Shown: in pieces, positions 1 to 11,684 of the stretch
Position numbering within the stretch: position 1 is the first letter of the stretch
Layout: each line of letters starts with the position of its first letter
Assembly: GCF_000175255.2 (NCBI RefSeq)
Contig: NC_017262.1
Location: 930,001 to 962,000, forward strand
DNA length: 32,000 nt
Direction of reading: 5' to 3'
From: Zymomonas mobilis subsp. mobilis ATCC 10988
Lineage (GTDB): Bacteria; Pseudomonadota; Alphaproteobacteria; Sphingomonadales; Sphingomonadaceae
Program-made: the position numbers and the translations under genes
The notes under the pieces: model-generated
What the model saw: the letters and a program-made list of their open reading frames with translations, nothing else
Database searches by the model: none
Told to the model about the DNA's origin: nothing

Positions 1-167
1 TTGAAAGCCGTCATATCGTTTCAGTTTACAGGATGTAAAATAGACAATCGTGATTTTGGGCACTTTTTTTCAGATAAATGAATAAAAAATAATTATTTTT
101 CAAATATCAGCTTGACAAATGGTGATATTTTCGCCATTCAACCCCCTCAAATAAATTGCCTCCTTGT

Positions 168-254
168 GGACAGGTGGCCGAGTGGTTAAAGGCAGCAGAC
201 TGTAAATCTGCCGGGCTTCGCCCTACAATGGTTCGAATCCATTCCTGTCCACCA
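168..254 (+). tRNA. tRNA-Tyr (anticodon GTA), class II with long variable arm, CCA encoded
   Basis: Acceptor GGACAGG (168-174) pairs with CCTGTCC (244-250), followed by A + CCA. Anticodon arm GCAGA-CTGTAAA-TCTGC, T arm GGTTCGAATCC, long variable arm. Confidence 0.96.
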
Positions 255-499
255 TCATTTACCCTTCCTTTGGTAAATGATTAGGCCAATTTATCTCTTA
301 TTCTAATCCTTAAAATTTCTAATAAAGTCTGGCCTAAACGGTCTAGATTGCTAGCTTAGTCGTGCAACTATCCTGAGCCTGTTTTTGGATATTTTTATTT
401 ACCGATACCCCTAGAGGATAAGAGTATCCTTAGTTGTTAGGCTTTTTATTCAGTAGCTGTCTTTTCGAAGTTATATTGGGCTTTGAATTTGAAGTGCGC

Positions 500-886
500 T
501 TAGTCTTTATAAGCCGATTGCAAAGCGGCGGTATCTTCGAAGATTTTGTAGGAGATAATAAGATTATTTTCTATTTTGCACACCAGCGCCCATTCCGATT
601 TGAATAATTTACCTGTCTTTTTGACTCTATGCTGCATGTAGCCATAGCCAAAAACATAATTTTCAGAGTCTGACCATTCGAAGCATTTGAAGTCTTCGGT
701 ATCGAATAATCCTGATAGAATAGATAAAAATTTTATGACACCTTCATGGCCGTTATAGCGGCCATAGATTGGGACATCGCTGGGGCCTTGGGCTTCGAAG
801 ACAGCATTTTCATGAACAAATTGCAATGCGCCTTGTATATCGCCTTTAAAAACATGGCTGAAGAATTTTTGAACAGGATTGCTCAT
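500..886 (-). CDS. SnoaL-like / NTF2-like (ketosteroid-isomerase-fold) small protein, function unknown
   Basis: 128-aa ORF; VQKFFSHVFKGDIQGALQFVHENAVFEAQGP...YNGHEGVIKFLSIL...YVFGYGYMQHRVKKTGK...EWALVCKIENNLIISYKIFEDTAAL resembles the NTF2-like/SnoaL pattern. Confidence 0.8.
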   Translation of the reverse strand: MSNPVQKFFSHVFKGDIQGALQFVHENAVFEAQGPSDVPIYGRYNGHEGVIKFLSILSGLFDTEDFKCFEWSDSENYVFGYGYMQHRVKKTGKLFKSEWALVCKIENNLIISYKIFEDTAALQSAYKD

Positions 887-922
887 GATGTTTCCTTTGT
901 CCCGTTATAGAAAAAATCTTAT

Positions 923-966
923 CGAATAAAAAAGACCCGCCTTTCTTGGAAGAAAAACGGGTCTCT
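923..966 (-). terminator. Probable intrinsic terminator of the Do-like protease gene
   Basis: Inverted repeat AGACCCG (933-939) / CGGGTCT (958-964); minus-strand T-rich tract from the AATAAAAA at 925-932, just past the protease stop. Confidence 0.65.
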
Positions 967-978
967 TTATTAAAGATA

Positions 979-2640
979 TTATTTGTTTTTAGTCGGAGAC
1001 ATCAGCTTCAGTCCGGTGAAGAGCGGCGGATTATTACCACGCTGAACCAGAACAAGCACAGTATTGCGACCGGCGGCCTTTGTTGCATTGATAGCGGCGA
1101 CCGCATCCCCGATACTGGTTACCGGATGTTCATTCATAGACAGAATGACATCGCCACGGCGCAGACCTTTTTCTGCGGCATCGCTGGATTGATCGACATT
1201 CGATATCCAGAGGCCATGCGAATTCTGCGGAATGTTTAACCGGTTCGCTACTTCAGGAGTGACAGGCTCTAAGGTGATACCCAGTGCTGTCCGTGCTGAA
1301 TTGCGAGGGGTATTCTGGTTGCTGTCATCGTCGCTATCATCGTTATCTGGCACACCATTTGAAGCCAGTTGATCTTCTGGCGGGCGTTCTGCCAGAACCG
1401 CATAAAGCGTCATATGTTTGCCATTGCGGATAACTTCAATCGGAACTTTCGCACCGACGGGCTGGCTAGCCACCAGATAGCTAAGGGTATTATCTGGTGT
1501 AACGTCAATATTATTGACCTTAACCAGAACATCACCCTGACGAATACCGGCTTTAAATCCGGGGCCGCCGGGTTCTACCCGAACTACGATTTCACCGTGA
1601 TCTTTGGGTAAGCCTAGACCGGCTGCGATATCATCTGTCAGCACCTGTATGGCAATGCCCAGATAGCCATGACGGACTTTCTTGCCAGACCGCAATGTAT
1701 CAATCACAGGTTTGGCGATTTCTGCCGGAATCGCGAAACCAATACCGATATTGCCACCACTTGGCGCCCAAATCGCCGTGTTAATACCGATAACATTCCC
1801 GTTTACATCAAACATTGGCCCGCCGGAGTTGCCCTGATTGATGGCCGCATCCGTCTGGATGTAACGGTTATAAGGCCCTGAACCAACGCCACGATGCATA
1901 GCGGACACGATACCAGCGGTAACCGAGCCCCCAAAGCCAAAGGGATTACCGATCGCCAACACCCAATCGCCTACGCGGGTTCTGGTCGAATCCCCGAATT
2001 GGACGAAGGGAAGGGGTTTTGCTGATTCAATTTTGAGCAAAGCCAGATCTGATGCGGAATCCCGCCCGACAACACGGGCTTTATATTCGCCATGATCCGG
2101 TAAAGTAACCGTGATGGATTCGACAACAGCACTGGCCGTGCCTGATCCTTGCTTGTCTGGATCGCCTGCCGAAATAACATGGTTATTGGTCACAACAAAA
2201 CCATCCGGTGAGACGATGAAGCCGGAACCTAGTGACTGGGCTTCCCTTGTTATAGGGCGTCCGGTGTCTCCGCCGCCAAGTCCCCCGAACAGATCTGCGA
2301 AAGGGGTGCCAGCAAAAGGATTAGCGGGCGTTTGGATTTTTACCCTTTGTGTTGTCGAAATATTGACAACGGCTGGCTGTAATTTTTCAACAAGATCTGC
2401 AAAGCCGGGTATGGTTCCATTCTTTGAAACCGGTGCATGGATTGTTCCTGGCGCATTTTGGGCGACCTGTGCATCTACCGGCTGCTGGGTGACCATGGTG
2501 GCAGTGGCGCCGCCGATAAGTAAGGCGGCAGTAACGGCATAGGCGTAGCGCACTTTGGCAGACCTCCTGATTTTTTTCGGGGGTGTCACTGTCACTCCTT
2601 CGTTTAATTCATCATCGTTTTTGTTGGGTATGCTGGTCAC
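979..2640 (-). CDS. degP: Do-like periplasmic serine endoprotease (DegP/HtrA family), trypsin-like domain plus two PDZ-like domains
   Basis: 553 aa; catalytic motifs TNNHVI (His), SASDLALLKI (Asp), NQGNSGGPMF (Ser); PDZ regions LGIAIQVLTDDIAAGLGL...GPGFKAGIRQGDVLVKVN and a second LGITLEPVTPEVANRL...AAEKGLRRGDVILSMN; N-terminal membrane/signal segment. Confidence 0.95.
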   Translation of the reverse strand: MTSIPNKNDDELNEGVTVTPPKKIRRSAKVRYAYAVTAALLIGGATATMVTQQPVDAQVAQNAPGTIHAPVSKNGTIPGFADLVEKLQPAVVNISTTQRVKIQTPANPFAGTPFADLFGGLGGGDTGRPITREAQSLGSGFIVSPDGFVVTNNHVISAGDPDKQGSGTASAVVESITVTLPDHGEYKARVVGRDSASDLALLKIESAKPLPFVQFGDSTRTRVGDWVLAIGNPFGFGGSVTAGIVSAMHRGVGSGPYNRYIQTDAAINQGNSGGPMFDVNGNVIGINTAIWAPSGGNIGIGFAIPAEIAKPVIDTLRSGKKVRHGYLGIAIQVLTDDIAAGLGLPKDHGEIVVRVEPGGPGFKAGIRQGDVLVKVNNIDVTPDNTLSYLVASQPVGAKVPIEVIRNGKHMTLYAVLAERPPEDQLASNGVPDNDDSDDDSNQNTPRNSARTALGITLEPVTPEVANRLNIPQNSHGLWISNVDQSSDAAEKGLRRGDVILSMNEHPVTSIGDAVAAINATKAAGRNTVLVLVQRGNNPPLFTGLKLMSPTKNK

Positions 2641-3089
2641 GACTTAAATATTTTAAGCCATAGCATCCTTAAGATAGAGCTAAATATAGCATCCGATTAG
2701 CTGTTTTAATATAAGCGATGTTTATGAAAGCTCTAGTCAGAATAGGAAAATAATAGCTGAACCTTTTTTGAATGATATTTCAGATATTGGTCACTTTTTC
2801 CCAGAATTTTACAATTATTATAGAAAATAAAATCCCCTCTTCTTTAAAGAGATGCCATAGGGTAATTAAGATAATGACCAAACATTGAAATTTTAAGACA
2901 TCTATATCAGAGTGCAATAGGATTAAAAAAGATCTTGGGATTATTGCGGTTATTCCCTTTAAAAGAGCAGGATTTAGAATATATCATTCGCCTGAATTTA
3001 TGATGTTTGTGATATTTTCGGCAAGATTTTCTGAATTATCCAAGCTGAATCCAGATATATTCCTCTTTGTTTTCATTTCAGGTTGATTG

Positions 3090-4118
3090 ATGGCTGACCA
3101 AGACCGCAATGCCGCTTCTGAAGAAGCCTATCTTTTTGATAAAATACGTTCTGTGTCTGACCCTGTTTCTGGCCAGAGTCTGATTGAGTCTAAACGGCTT
3201 ATGGCTGCCGAATTAAAAGAGTCTAATGCCCGTTTTGTTATTCGAGCTAATGGTCTGACAGCAGAGCAGCGCGCCCTTCTTGAAAAACAAATATCCGATT
3301 TGTTGCAAGCAGATCCTTCTGTTGCCAAGACATATTTTACCTTTGTCTTAAGCAAGCCAAAACCGAAGATTATCGCGGTTGCAAGCGGCAAGGGCGGCGT
3401 CGGAAAGTCTACCTTGTCGGCGGCATTGGCTTTATTGTTGAAGCAAAAGGGACGGCGTGTTGGCTTGGTTGATGCTGATATTTATGGCCCGTCACAGGCG
3501 CTACTCATGGGCGCCAAACAACAATCTGTTGCGGCTGTCGGTGATCAGTTACGCCCAGTTGTAACCGCAGACGGGATCGCCATGCTTTCTATGGGGCAGA
3601 TTGCTGATCCTAATCAGGCTATTGCTTGGCGGGGTCCTAAAATTGCAGGCGCATTTAATCAGTTAATGGCGGCGGACTGGAGTGAATGTGATGTTTTGAT
3701 CGTGGATTTGCCCCCCGGAACCGGTGATATTCAGCTTTCCATGGTGAGAGAACATAAGCCGGATGGCGTTCTGATTATCTCGACCCCTCAAGATATGGCA
3801 TTGATTGACGCTAAAAGAGCGGTCGATCTGTTCCGAAAAACTGAAACCCCAATTATTGGCCTGATTGAAAATATGGCCGGTTATCAATGCCCTCATTGTG
3901 GTGAAATATCCGATCCTTTTGGTGCCGGAGGCGCTGAATTAGCGGCGGCAGATATGGGAATCGATTTTTGGGGATATATTCCCTTGGGTCTGAATATCCG
4001 TTTGGCAGCTGATTCCGGCCATCTCGGAGACTGTCTGAAAGACTCGGCAGAAGGCGCTGCTGCGGCCTTTTCTAAGATAGCAGAAAGACTCGGTGTCTGG
4101 GTTGATCAACAAGGGTAA
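3090..4118 (+). CDS. Mrp/NBP35/ApbC family P-loop ATPase (Fe-S cluster carrier)
   Basis: Deviant Walker A ASGKGGVGKST, DADIYGPSQ, DLPPGTGDIQLS, GLIENMAGYQCPHCG (CxxC). The track starts at TTG 3087; ATG at 3090 is the more likely start. Confidence 0.92.
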   Translation: MADQDRNAASEEAYLFDKIRSVSDPVSGQSLIESKRLMAAELKESNARFVIRANGLTAEQRALLEKQISDLLQADPSVAKTYFTFVLSKPKPKIIAVASGKGGVGKSTLSAALALLLKQKGRRVGLVDADIYGPSQALLMGAKQQSVAAVGDQLRPVVTADGIAMLSMGQIADPNQAIAWRGPKIAGAFNQLMAADWSECDVLIVDLPPGTGDIQLSMVREHKPDGVLIISTPQDMALIDAKRAVDLFRKTETPIIGLIENMAGYQCPHCGEISDPFGAGGAELAAADMGIDFWGYIPLGLNIRLAADSGHLGDCLKDSAEGAAAAFSKIAERLGVWVDQQG

Positions 4119-4243
4119 TAATTACGCTTTTCAAGGCTGAGACAAAATAACAGCGCTTTCCTTTAGAAAAAAATGCGCTCTCTTGTTTTTATCGGAAGTT
4201 TTTCGGGATTTTCTTGAAAAGTCTCTGATAATAGCCACTATTT

Positions 4244-4289
4244 TGGCAGAAGAGGTCTGAAACCTCTTTTGCCATTTTTGTTTTTTTAT
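4244..4289 (+). terminator. Strong intrinsic terminator between the Mrp gene and the atp operon
   Basis: TGGCAGAAGAGGT-CTGA-AACCTCTTTTGCCA hairpin (4244-4274) followed by TTTTTGTTTTTTT. Confidence 0.8.
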
Positions 4290-4551
4290 GCTTTATTTTA
4301 TCGATTTTTTTGAATTTTCGATTTGTGCTAATCGGTTAGCGCCACCTTGCATCCCATCCGCCCCCCTGCTAATTAAACTGCGGATCATAACTGGTGAAAA
4401 TGATTGAAAAGCCTTCGGGTTTCCATCTTTTATTCTCGCCGGTTTTGTATGCCTATGCGGCATATCCAGTGTGGCCCTATGTGCGCCCCGGTTGTTTCGA
4501 ACCGGGACGGAATACAGGGTGAGGCATCTATAATCTGGGGACGGCAGGCGC

Positions 4552-5106
4552 ATGGAAATATCCGGCAGCATTCAAGCAAGCCTTGGTGGCCGTTATGCCC
4601 TGGCACTTTTCGAGGTTGCACAGGAAAAAGGGCAGATCGACACGGTCGCTGCCAGTCTCGGCAAATTCGATGAAGCTTTTGCTCAAGCAAGAGAACTTCG
4701 TCTGCTTGCAAATAATCAAATCTTTTCCCGTAAACATGTTGAAAAAGCTATCGCGGCACTGGTTCCTGTGCTGGCGATTGATGATTTAACGGCAAAATTT
4801 CTGAATCTGTTGGCTGCTAAGGGGCGGCTGGGCGCTTTTCCTGAAATTGCGAGCGCCTATCGCCAATATGTAGCTGACCTTCGTTCTGAAAAGGTGGCCG
4901 ATGTTATTACGGCTCATCCTTTATCTGACGAACAAAAGTCGACGCTGACCGCTCGGCTTAAAGAACAGCTTAAGGCTGATGTGCAAATCAACGCAACGGT
5001 TGATCCTTCCATTCTTGGCGGGATGATTGTTCGTCTTGGTTCACGTCAGATTGACGGATCGATTCGGAGCAAGCTGCATATGCTTGCACAGGCGATGAAA
5101 GGGTGA
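4552..5106 (+). CDS. atpH: F0F1 ATP synthase subunit delta
   Basis: 184 aa; [23 protein letters not shown]...[21 protein letters not shown]..., C-terminal [34 protein letters not shown]; first gene of atpHAGDC. Confidence 0.96.
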   Translation: MEISGSIQASLGGRYALALFEVAQEKGQIDTVAASLGKFDEAFAQARELRLLANNQIFSRKHVEKAIAALVPVLAIDDLTAKFLNLLAAKGRLGAFPEIASAYRQYVADLRSEKVADVITAHPLSDEQKSTLTARLKEQLKADVQINATVDPSILGGMIVRLGSRQIDGSIRSKLHMLAQAMKG

Positions 5107-5108
5107 AT

Positions 5109-6638
5109 ATGGAAATCCGCGCCGCAGAAATTTCAAAAGTCATCCGTGAACAGATCGAAGGCTTTGGTGCTGATGCCGAAGTCAGCGAAGTTGGTCGGGT
5201 GATTTCAGTGGGCGATGGTATCGCCCGCGTATATGGTCTCGATAAAGTCGAGGCCGGCGAAATGGTTACCTTCTCCAGTGGTGTTCAGGGGATGGCCCTC
5301 AACCTCGAGGCCGATAACGTCGGCGTCGTGATTTTTGGCTCCGATCTTGAAGTGGGTGAAGGCGATACGGTTCGCAGAACCGGTCAAATCGTTGACGTTC
5401 CGGTCGGACCGGAATTGTTAGGGCGCGTTGTTGATGCTCTGGGTAATCCGATCGACGGAAAAGGCCCCATCAACGCCAAATTACGGCGTCGTTCTGAAGA
5501 GATGGCTCCAGGTATCATCCCGCGTAAATCCGTTCACGAAGCCGTGCAGACGGGCATCAAAGCCCTTGACGCATTGGTTCCAGTTGGACGTGGTCAGCGT
5601 GAATTGATTATTGGTGACCGTCAGACCGGTAAAACCGCTATTGCTATTGACGCCTTTATTAACCAGAAACAGGTTAACAGCGGCAGCGACAATACCAAGA
5701 AGCTGTTTTGTATCTATGTTGCGATCGGGCAGAAACGTTCGACCGTTGCTCAGATTGTTCGTCAGCTCGAAGAAATGGGTGCCATGGAGTACTCAATCGT
5801 CGTAGCTGCTACGGCTTCTGAACCTGCTCCGCTTCAGTATCTGGTGCCGTATTCAGCCTGCTCTATGGGTGAATATTTCCGCGACAACAAACAGCACGCT
5901 TTGATCGTTTATGACGATCTTTCCAAGCAGGCTGTTGCTTATCGTCAGATGTCTTTGTTGCTGCGTCGTCCGCCAGGCCGTGAAGCTTATCCTGGTGACG
6001 TTTTCTATTTGCATTCGCGTTTGCTGGAACGCGCAGCAAAGATGAGCGACAAAATGGGTGCAGGTTCCTTGACCGCTTTGCCGATCATTGAAACTCAGGC
6101 CGGTGACGTTTCTGCCTATATTCCGACGAACGTGATTTCGATTACGGATGGTCAGATCTTCCTTGAAACCGATTTGTTCTATCAGGGTATTCGCCCTGCT
6201 ATTAACGTCGGTCTTTCCGTGAGCCGTGTGGGTTCTGCTGCGCAGACCAAGGCCATGAAAAAAGTTGCTGGTTCTATCAAGTTGGAATTGGCTCAGTATC
6301 GCGAAATGGCGGCCTTTGCTCAGTTCGGTTCTGACCTTGATGCGTCTACCCAGAAGTTGCTCAATCGTGGTAAACGTTTGACTGAACTTCTGAAGCAGCC
6401 GCAGTTCCATCCGATGCCATTTGAAGAGCAAGTTGTTTCCCTTTTCGCGGGTACGAACGGCTATATCGATGGTATCGAAGTTTCGGATGTTAACCGCTAT
6501 GAAGAAGCTATGCTGAGCTATATGCGCTCAAGCCATAACGACTTGCTGGCGACGATCCGTGAGACGGGCGACTTCTCTGACGAAACCAAGTCGAAGTTGA
6601 CGGCTGCGCTTGATAACTTTGCCAAAATTTTCGCCTAA
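5109..6638 (+). CDS. atpA: F0F1 ATP synthase subunit alpha
   Basis: [19 protein letters not shown]..., Walker [16 protein letters not shown]. The track begins at GTG 5103; ATG at 5109 gives the usual N-terminus. Confidence 0.98.
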   Translation: MEIRAAEISKVIREQIEGFGADAEVSEVGRVISVGDGIARVYGLDKVEAGEMVTFSSGVQGMALNLEADNVGVVIFGSDLEVGEGDTVRRTGQIVDVPVGPELLGRVVDALGNPIDGKGPINAKLRRRSEEMAPGIIPRKSVHEAVQTGIKALDALVPVGRGQRELIIGDRQTGKTAIAIDAFINQKQVNSGSDNTKKLFCIYVAIGQKRSTVAQIVRQLEEMGAMEYSIVVAATASEPAPLQYLVPYSACSMGEYFRDNKQHALIVYDDLSKQAVAYRQMSLLLRRPPGREAYPGDVFYLHSRLLERAAKMSDKMGAGSLTALPIIETQAGDVSAYIPTNVISITDGQIFLETDLFYQGIRPAINVGLSVSRVGSAAQTKAMKKVAGSIKLELAQYREMAAFAQFGSDLDASTQKLLNRGKRLTELLKQPQFHPMPFEEQVVSLFAGTNGYIDGIEVSDVNRYEEAMLSYMRSSHNDLLATIRETGDFSDETKSKLTAALDNFAKIFA

Positions 6639-6671
6639 TTCTGATGTGTCAATGACAGGAGTGGGGACACT

Positions 6672-7568
6672 ATGCCCAGCCTGAAAAGTTTAAAAACGCG
6701 CGTCAGTTCGATTAAGTCGATCAGTAAGATCACTCGGGCTATGCAAATGGTGGCTTCTGCCAAGCTTCGGCGGGCAGAAAGTCGTCTTGCAGCAGCTCGT
6801 CCTTATGCAAAGCGAATGGCGCAAGTTATGTCGTTACTGGCTGCGAGAGCAGCCGGAACGCCTAATGCTTTGCCCTTGTTAAACGGGCGCGGCAAAGACC
6901 AGACGCATTTGTTGATTGTCACGTCTTCTGACGCCGGCTTATGCGGTGGTTTTAATTCCAATATTTACCGTCAGGCTCGGGATCGGGCTTTGGCGTTGGA
7001 AGCGGCGGGTAAAACCGTTCAATTCTATGTTATCGGTATTAAAAATGCGCCGGTAATTCGTAATAATTTCCCTGGCAAGACTATTCACGAAACTAAACGT
7101 GAAGAGACTTCGCCGGTTACTTTCGAAAATGCGCAGAAAATCGCTCAGGATTTAATCCAGCGTTTTAATGCGGGTGAATTTGACGTCGCCCATCTGTTCT
7201 TTTCGCATTATCACTCGGTGCTGTCACAAGTACCGACAGAAACGCAGATTATCCCTGCGGCACCTGAAGGTGATGATACGAAAAATCAGGCTGCAGCCAA
7301 TGATGCTTCTTCTGGTGCGATTGAATTCGAACCTGATGAAGAAACCATTTTGTCGACATTGCTGCCCCGTAGCATCGCCGTTGCCATTTATCAGGCTATG
7401 CTTGAAAATGCGACGTCCGAGCAGGGTAGTCGTATGTCGGCCATGGAAAATTCCACCCGTAATGCCGGTGAAATGATTTCCAAACTGTCTATTCAGTATA
7501 ACCGTTTGCGTCAGGCAGCGATTACGACTGAATTGGTCGAAATTATTTCGGGCGCAGAAGCGTTGTAA
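6672..7568 (+). CDS. atpG: F0F1 ATP synthase subunit gamma
   Basis: MPSLKSLKTRVSSIKSISKITRAMQMVASAKLRRAE..., SDAGLCGGFN, C-terminal YNRLRQAAITTELVEIISGAEAL. Confidence 0.98.
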   Translation: MPSLKSLKTRVSSIKSISKITRAMQMVASAKLRRAESRLAAARPYAKRMAQVMSLLAARAAGTPNALPLLNGRGKDQTHLLIVTSSDAGLCGGFNSNIYRQARDRALALEAAGKTVQFYVIGIKNAPVIRNNFPGKTIHETKREETSPVTFENAQKIAQDLIQRFNAGEFDVAHLFFSHYHSVLSQVPTETQIIPAAPEGDDTKNQAAANDASSGAIEFEPDEETILSTLLPRSIAVAIYQAMLENATSEQGSRMSAMENSTRNAGEMISKLSIQYNRLRQAAITTELVEIISGAEAL

Positions 7569-7572
7569 TTAA

Positions 7573-9051
<1,479 letters not shown>

Positions 9052-9110
9052 TTGCTGAAAAATAAAACCGCCTCTTTCTGTATAGAAAGGGGCGGAGATA
9101 GTGAGGAAGA

Positions 9111-9377
9111 ATGGCTGAGCTTCATTATGAACTGGTAACACCTTCACGTCTTGCCCGTTCCGGCGATGCTTTTATGGTCGTTGTTCCCGGAACCGAGGGC
9201 GATCTTGGTGTTATGGCAGGTCATATGCCTACCATGACAGCTATCCGGGATGGCGAAGTGGCTATTTATAGCAGTGAACATCAGATCGAAACAAAGTTTC
9301 ATATTTCTGGTGGCTTTGCTGAAATCAACGAAAAAGGGCTGATTATCCTTGCAGAAGAAGCCAAAGAAGAAAACTAA
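9111..9377 (+). CDS. atpC: F0F1 ATP synthase subunit epsilon, short form (N-terminal beta-sandwich only)
   Basis: 88 aa; MAELHYELVTPSRL...VVVPGTEGDLGVMAGHMPTMTAIRDGEV...FHISGGFAEINEKGLIILAEEA; stops directly after the beta-sandwich domain. Confidence 0.95.
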   Translation: MAELHYELVTPSRLARSGDAFMVVVPGTEGDLGVMAGHMPTMTAIRDGEVAIYSSEHQIETKFHISGGFAEINEKGLIILAEEAKEEN

Positions 9378-9419
9378 TTCTATTAGCTGTCTTCTTTTCA
9401 GCCTAAATAAAAACAGATT

Positions 9420-9461
9420 GAGCGACTTTCGACCTATTCGATAGTCGCTCTTTGTGTTTTT
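9420..9461 (+). terminator. Intrinsic terminator of the atpHAGDC operon
   Basis: GAGCGACT (9420-9427) ... AGTCGCTC (9443-9450) stem followed by TTTGTGTTTTT. Confidence 0.75.
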
Positions 9462-9776
9462 ACTCAATATCGTATATTTTTTTAAGTATAAAAAATTTTC
9501 CATAGAAAAAATTAGTCTTACTTACTTGATTTTTTCTAAAAAAATTTATTCTTTAAATTCTTGTTACTATAGTAACAATAATCATTTTTATTGAGATAAT
9601 TTTTAATTTATTTTTAATGTAATAAGATCAACATTTAAATAATAGAATTTGGTTATTTTGGCTACTGCTGTGAAAATTCTACAGTCGCCAGCTGTTAGGT
9701 GATTTTTAGACCGATGATTTAATCATTGGATTTTAGAGACTTGACTACCCTAAAACGGCTTTTGAATAAAAAGATT

Positions 9777-10613
9777 TTAAAGAAGTAGGGTCAAAGAAAA
9801 GATAGCGGCGCTTCCTGCTATAGATCCATTGCGCCCTAAACCTTTATCTGTAGATGACCACATAGATTTGAATTTTTTGTTATCAATATTGGTATCAGAC
9901 CACCAGACACCGACCTTCACATGCTTTACAAAAGTATAGTCTGCACCGATCTTCCAATCCCAATAGCCTCCTGTTGGGGATAGACTGGCAAAGTTAGGCC
10001 CAAAACCAGCATCTCCGCTTGTATGCCCGATATGGCCATGTAAGGCAGCGGCTGTGCGTGGAATAGCAAAATCGGTTTCACCATAGGCGTAGACATTGCT
10101 GTGATCGCCATGTTTGGAAAGAGAAACCGGATCATAACGTCCTAAGGCATGTTGGGGTGGGGCTACATTAAAGCCAAGTTTTCCTGTGAAAGGCCCGACA
10201 AGAGCGCTGGCGCTTCCGTAAATTTCAAAATAGTTGTTTTTTGTTCCGCCACCTCCGGCGGGGTAGATATAGCCAATTGCGCCACCGTCCATTGTAAATG
10301 CGCCGAGTGTATGGCGATAACCACCAAACACATCGATCTCCATTTTGCTGTCACCCATTTTCCCCCAGCCCGCCAAATTAGAGCTCCATGCTCCAACATA
10401 AAAACCGCTTTTATGGGCTACGGTAACAGTGCCTTGTACGGCTGGATGATTATTGCTGCGTGATAGACCTCGGAAACGATAATCCGAAAAAAGGCTGAGG
10501 CTGCCTGAAACAGTAAAAGAAGAAGAGGGCGGATCTGTAATGCCCGCATTGGCCGGTGAAAAGGCCGTGTTACAAGCCATTAGAAAACAGGAAGAAAAAA
10601 GCAGATTCCGCAT
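9777..10613 (-). CDS. TorF-family putative porin / outer-membrane beta-barrel protein
   Basis: Signal peptide MRNLLFSSCFLMACNTAFSPANA, then FTVSGSLSLFSDYRFRGLSRSNNHPAVQGTVTVAHKSGFYVGAWSSNL...EIDVFGGYRHTLGAFTMDGGAIGYIYPAG. The track start is 10652; the internal Met at 10613 fits the signal peptide better. Confidence 0.85.
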   Translation of the reverse strand: MRNLLFSSCFLMACNTAFSPANAGITDPPSSSFTVSGSLSLFSDYRFRGLSRSNNHPAVQGTVTVAHKSGFYVGAWSSNLAGWGKMGDSKMEIDVFGGYRHTLGAFTMDGGAIGYIYPAGGGGTKNNYFEIYGSASALVGPFTGKLGFNVAPPQHALGRYDPVSLSKHGDHSNVYAYGETDFAIPRTAAALHGHIGHTSGDAGFGPNFASLSPTGGYWDWKIGADYTFVKHVKVGVWWSDTNIDNKKFKSMWSSTDKGLGRNGSIAGSAAIFSLTLLL

Positions 10614-10821
10614 TAATAAATTTTCCGGATTGAAGGAAGAATAATCAAGCAATGCCGGCGAATATAACGGTAAACAGAGAGATGTCCTAAAAATAATATC
10701 TCTAGTGGTTCGGATTATCGAAATTTTTGTGTAAAAATGGAAGTCTAGTCGGACCTTTACCGCTGGGTCTTACACAGAAAAGATTTTGGTAGGAAGAAGA
10801 TAATATTGGATTTTGAGTGGC

Positions 10822-10856
10822 AAAAATTGGCGCAGTAGCCTGCTACCGCGCCAATT
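10822..10856 (-). terminator. Intrinsic terminator of the HU gene
   Basis: AATTGGCGC-A-GTAG-CCTG-CTAC-C-GCGCCAATT hairpin (10825-10856) with an A-run on the plus strand giving a T-run at the minus-strand 3' side. Confidence 0.75.
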
Positions 10857-10874
10857 GGTCGTGTCTTCAGGAAA

Positions 10875-11150
10875 TTAGGCGTTCAAACGATCTTTAACAG
10901 CCTTGGCTGAAGTAAAGGTCAGACGATTTGAAGCCGGAATTTCGATTTCCTGTAAGGTTGCCGGATTGTGGCCTTTACGGGCAGCACTATGCTTTACCTT
11001 GAATTTGCCGAAGCCGTTCAGGGCAATTTCTTCTCCAGCGACAGCAGCGTCAACAATGGTAGAAAAAACGGCATCTACAAGCTTCTTGGCATCCGTTTTG
11101 GTGAGGCCCTGACCGGAGGCAATCCGGTCAACCAGATCGTTGCTGTTCAT
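10875..11150 (-). CDS. HU-family nucleoid-associated DNA-binding protein
   Basis: 91 aa; MNSNDLVDRIASGQGLTKTDAKKLVDAVFSTI...EEIALNGFGKFKVKHSAARKGHNPATLQEIEIPASNRLTFTSAKAVKDRLN. Confidence 0.95.
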   Translation of the reverse strand: MNSNDLVDRIASGQGLTKTDAKKLVDAVFSTIVDAAVAGEEIALNGFGKFKVKHSAARKGHNPATLQEIEIPASNRLTFTSAKAVKDRLNA

Positions 11151-11684
11151 GTCGTGATCCTATGGCATTAATAAATAGAAAAATTTTTAAGATTCATTCC
11201 TGTCAGAAATGAATCCCGGCGGTGGTCGCTACATTAAGAAAGATGGGAGCCTTGTCTATAATCTTAATTCCGGCATCCTGTCCTTCCTTTGAGCAACTAG
11301 ACGAGCGGGGATCGCAGCGTCTTAAGCTGGTGACTCTTATATTCCCTGACAAAAATGGCAATATTGCCCAAAGCGCTTATTCGCCAGATGCTGCAAGAAA
11401 AAATGAATTTTTCCTCCGAATTTAACAATTTTCTCATGTTTTTATCGGAAAGCGTGATTTTTAAGCCATTTTTTCGATTTATAGGCCGATAGGCTGATTC
11501 TATGATTTTGAGAAGAAAAGTAGGAAATATTCTGCTTTTAGCGCTTCATTGAGAGCGGAATCTCCATAGGAATGAGCGTGTCTTGAGATTGTTAATCTCT
11601 CTTAACTGGGCGCTCAGCGATTGCGATTTATTATTATCTCCCCATATTGTTTTCTAAAAGTTTAAGTCTTCAAGGGATTGGGTG

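Noticed and set aside
946-2542. Plus-strand ORFs (946..1239, 1369..1611, 1669..1881, 2111..2542) opposite the Do-like protease
   Set aside because: All lie antisense to a clear HtrA-family gene and lack family-like sequence.
4293-4737. Small ORFs on both strands in and before the atpH start
   Set aside because: Mutually overlapping, overlap atpH, and have no recognisable protein signature; the gap 4290-4551 is better read as the atp promoter/leader.
5853-6431. 192-aa minus-strand ORF inside atpA
   Set aside because: Complementary-strand shadow of atpA; no recognisable motif or promoter/RBS.
11222-11425. 67-aa plus-strand ORF between the HU gene and hslV
   Set aside because: No motif, weak start context and no supporting conservation visible; cannot be supported from sequence alone.
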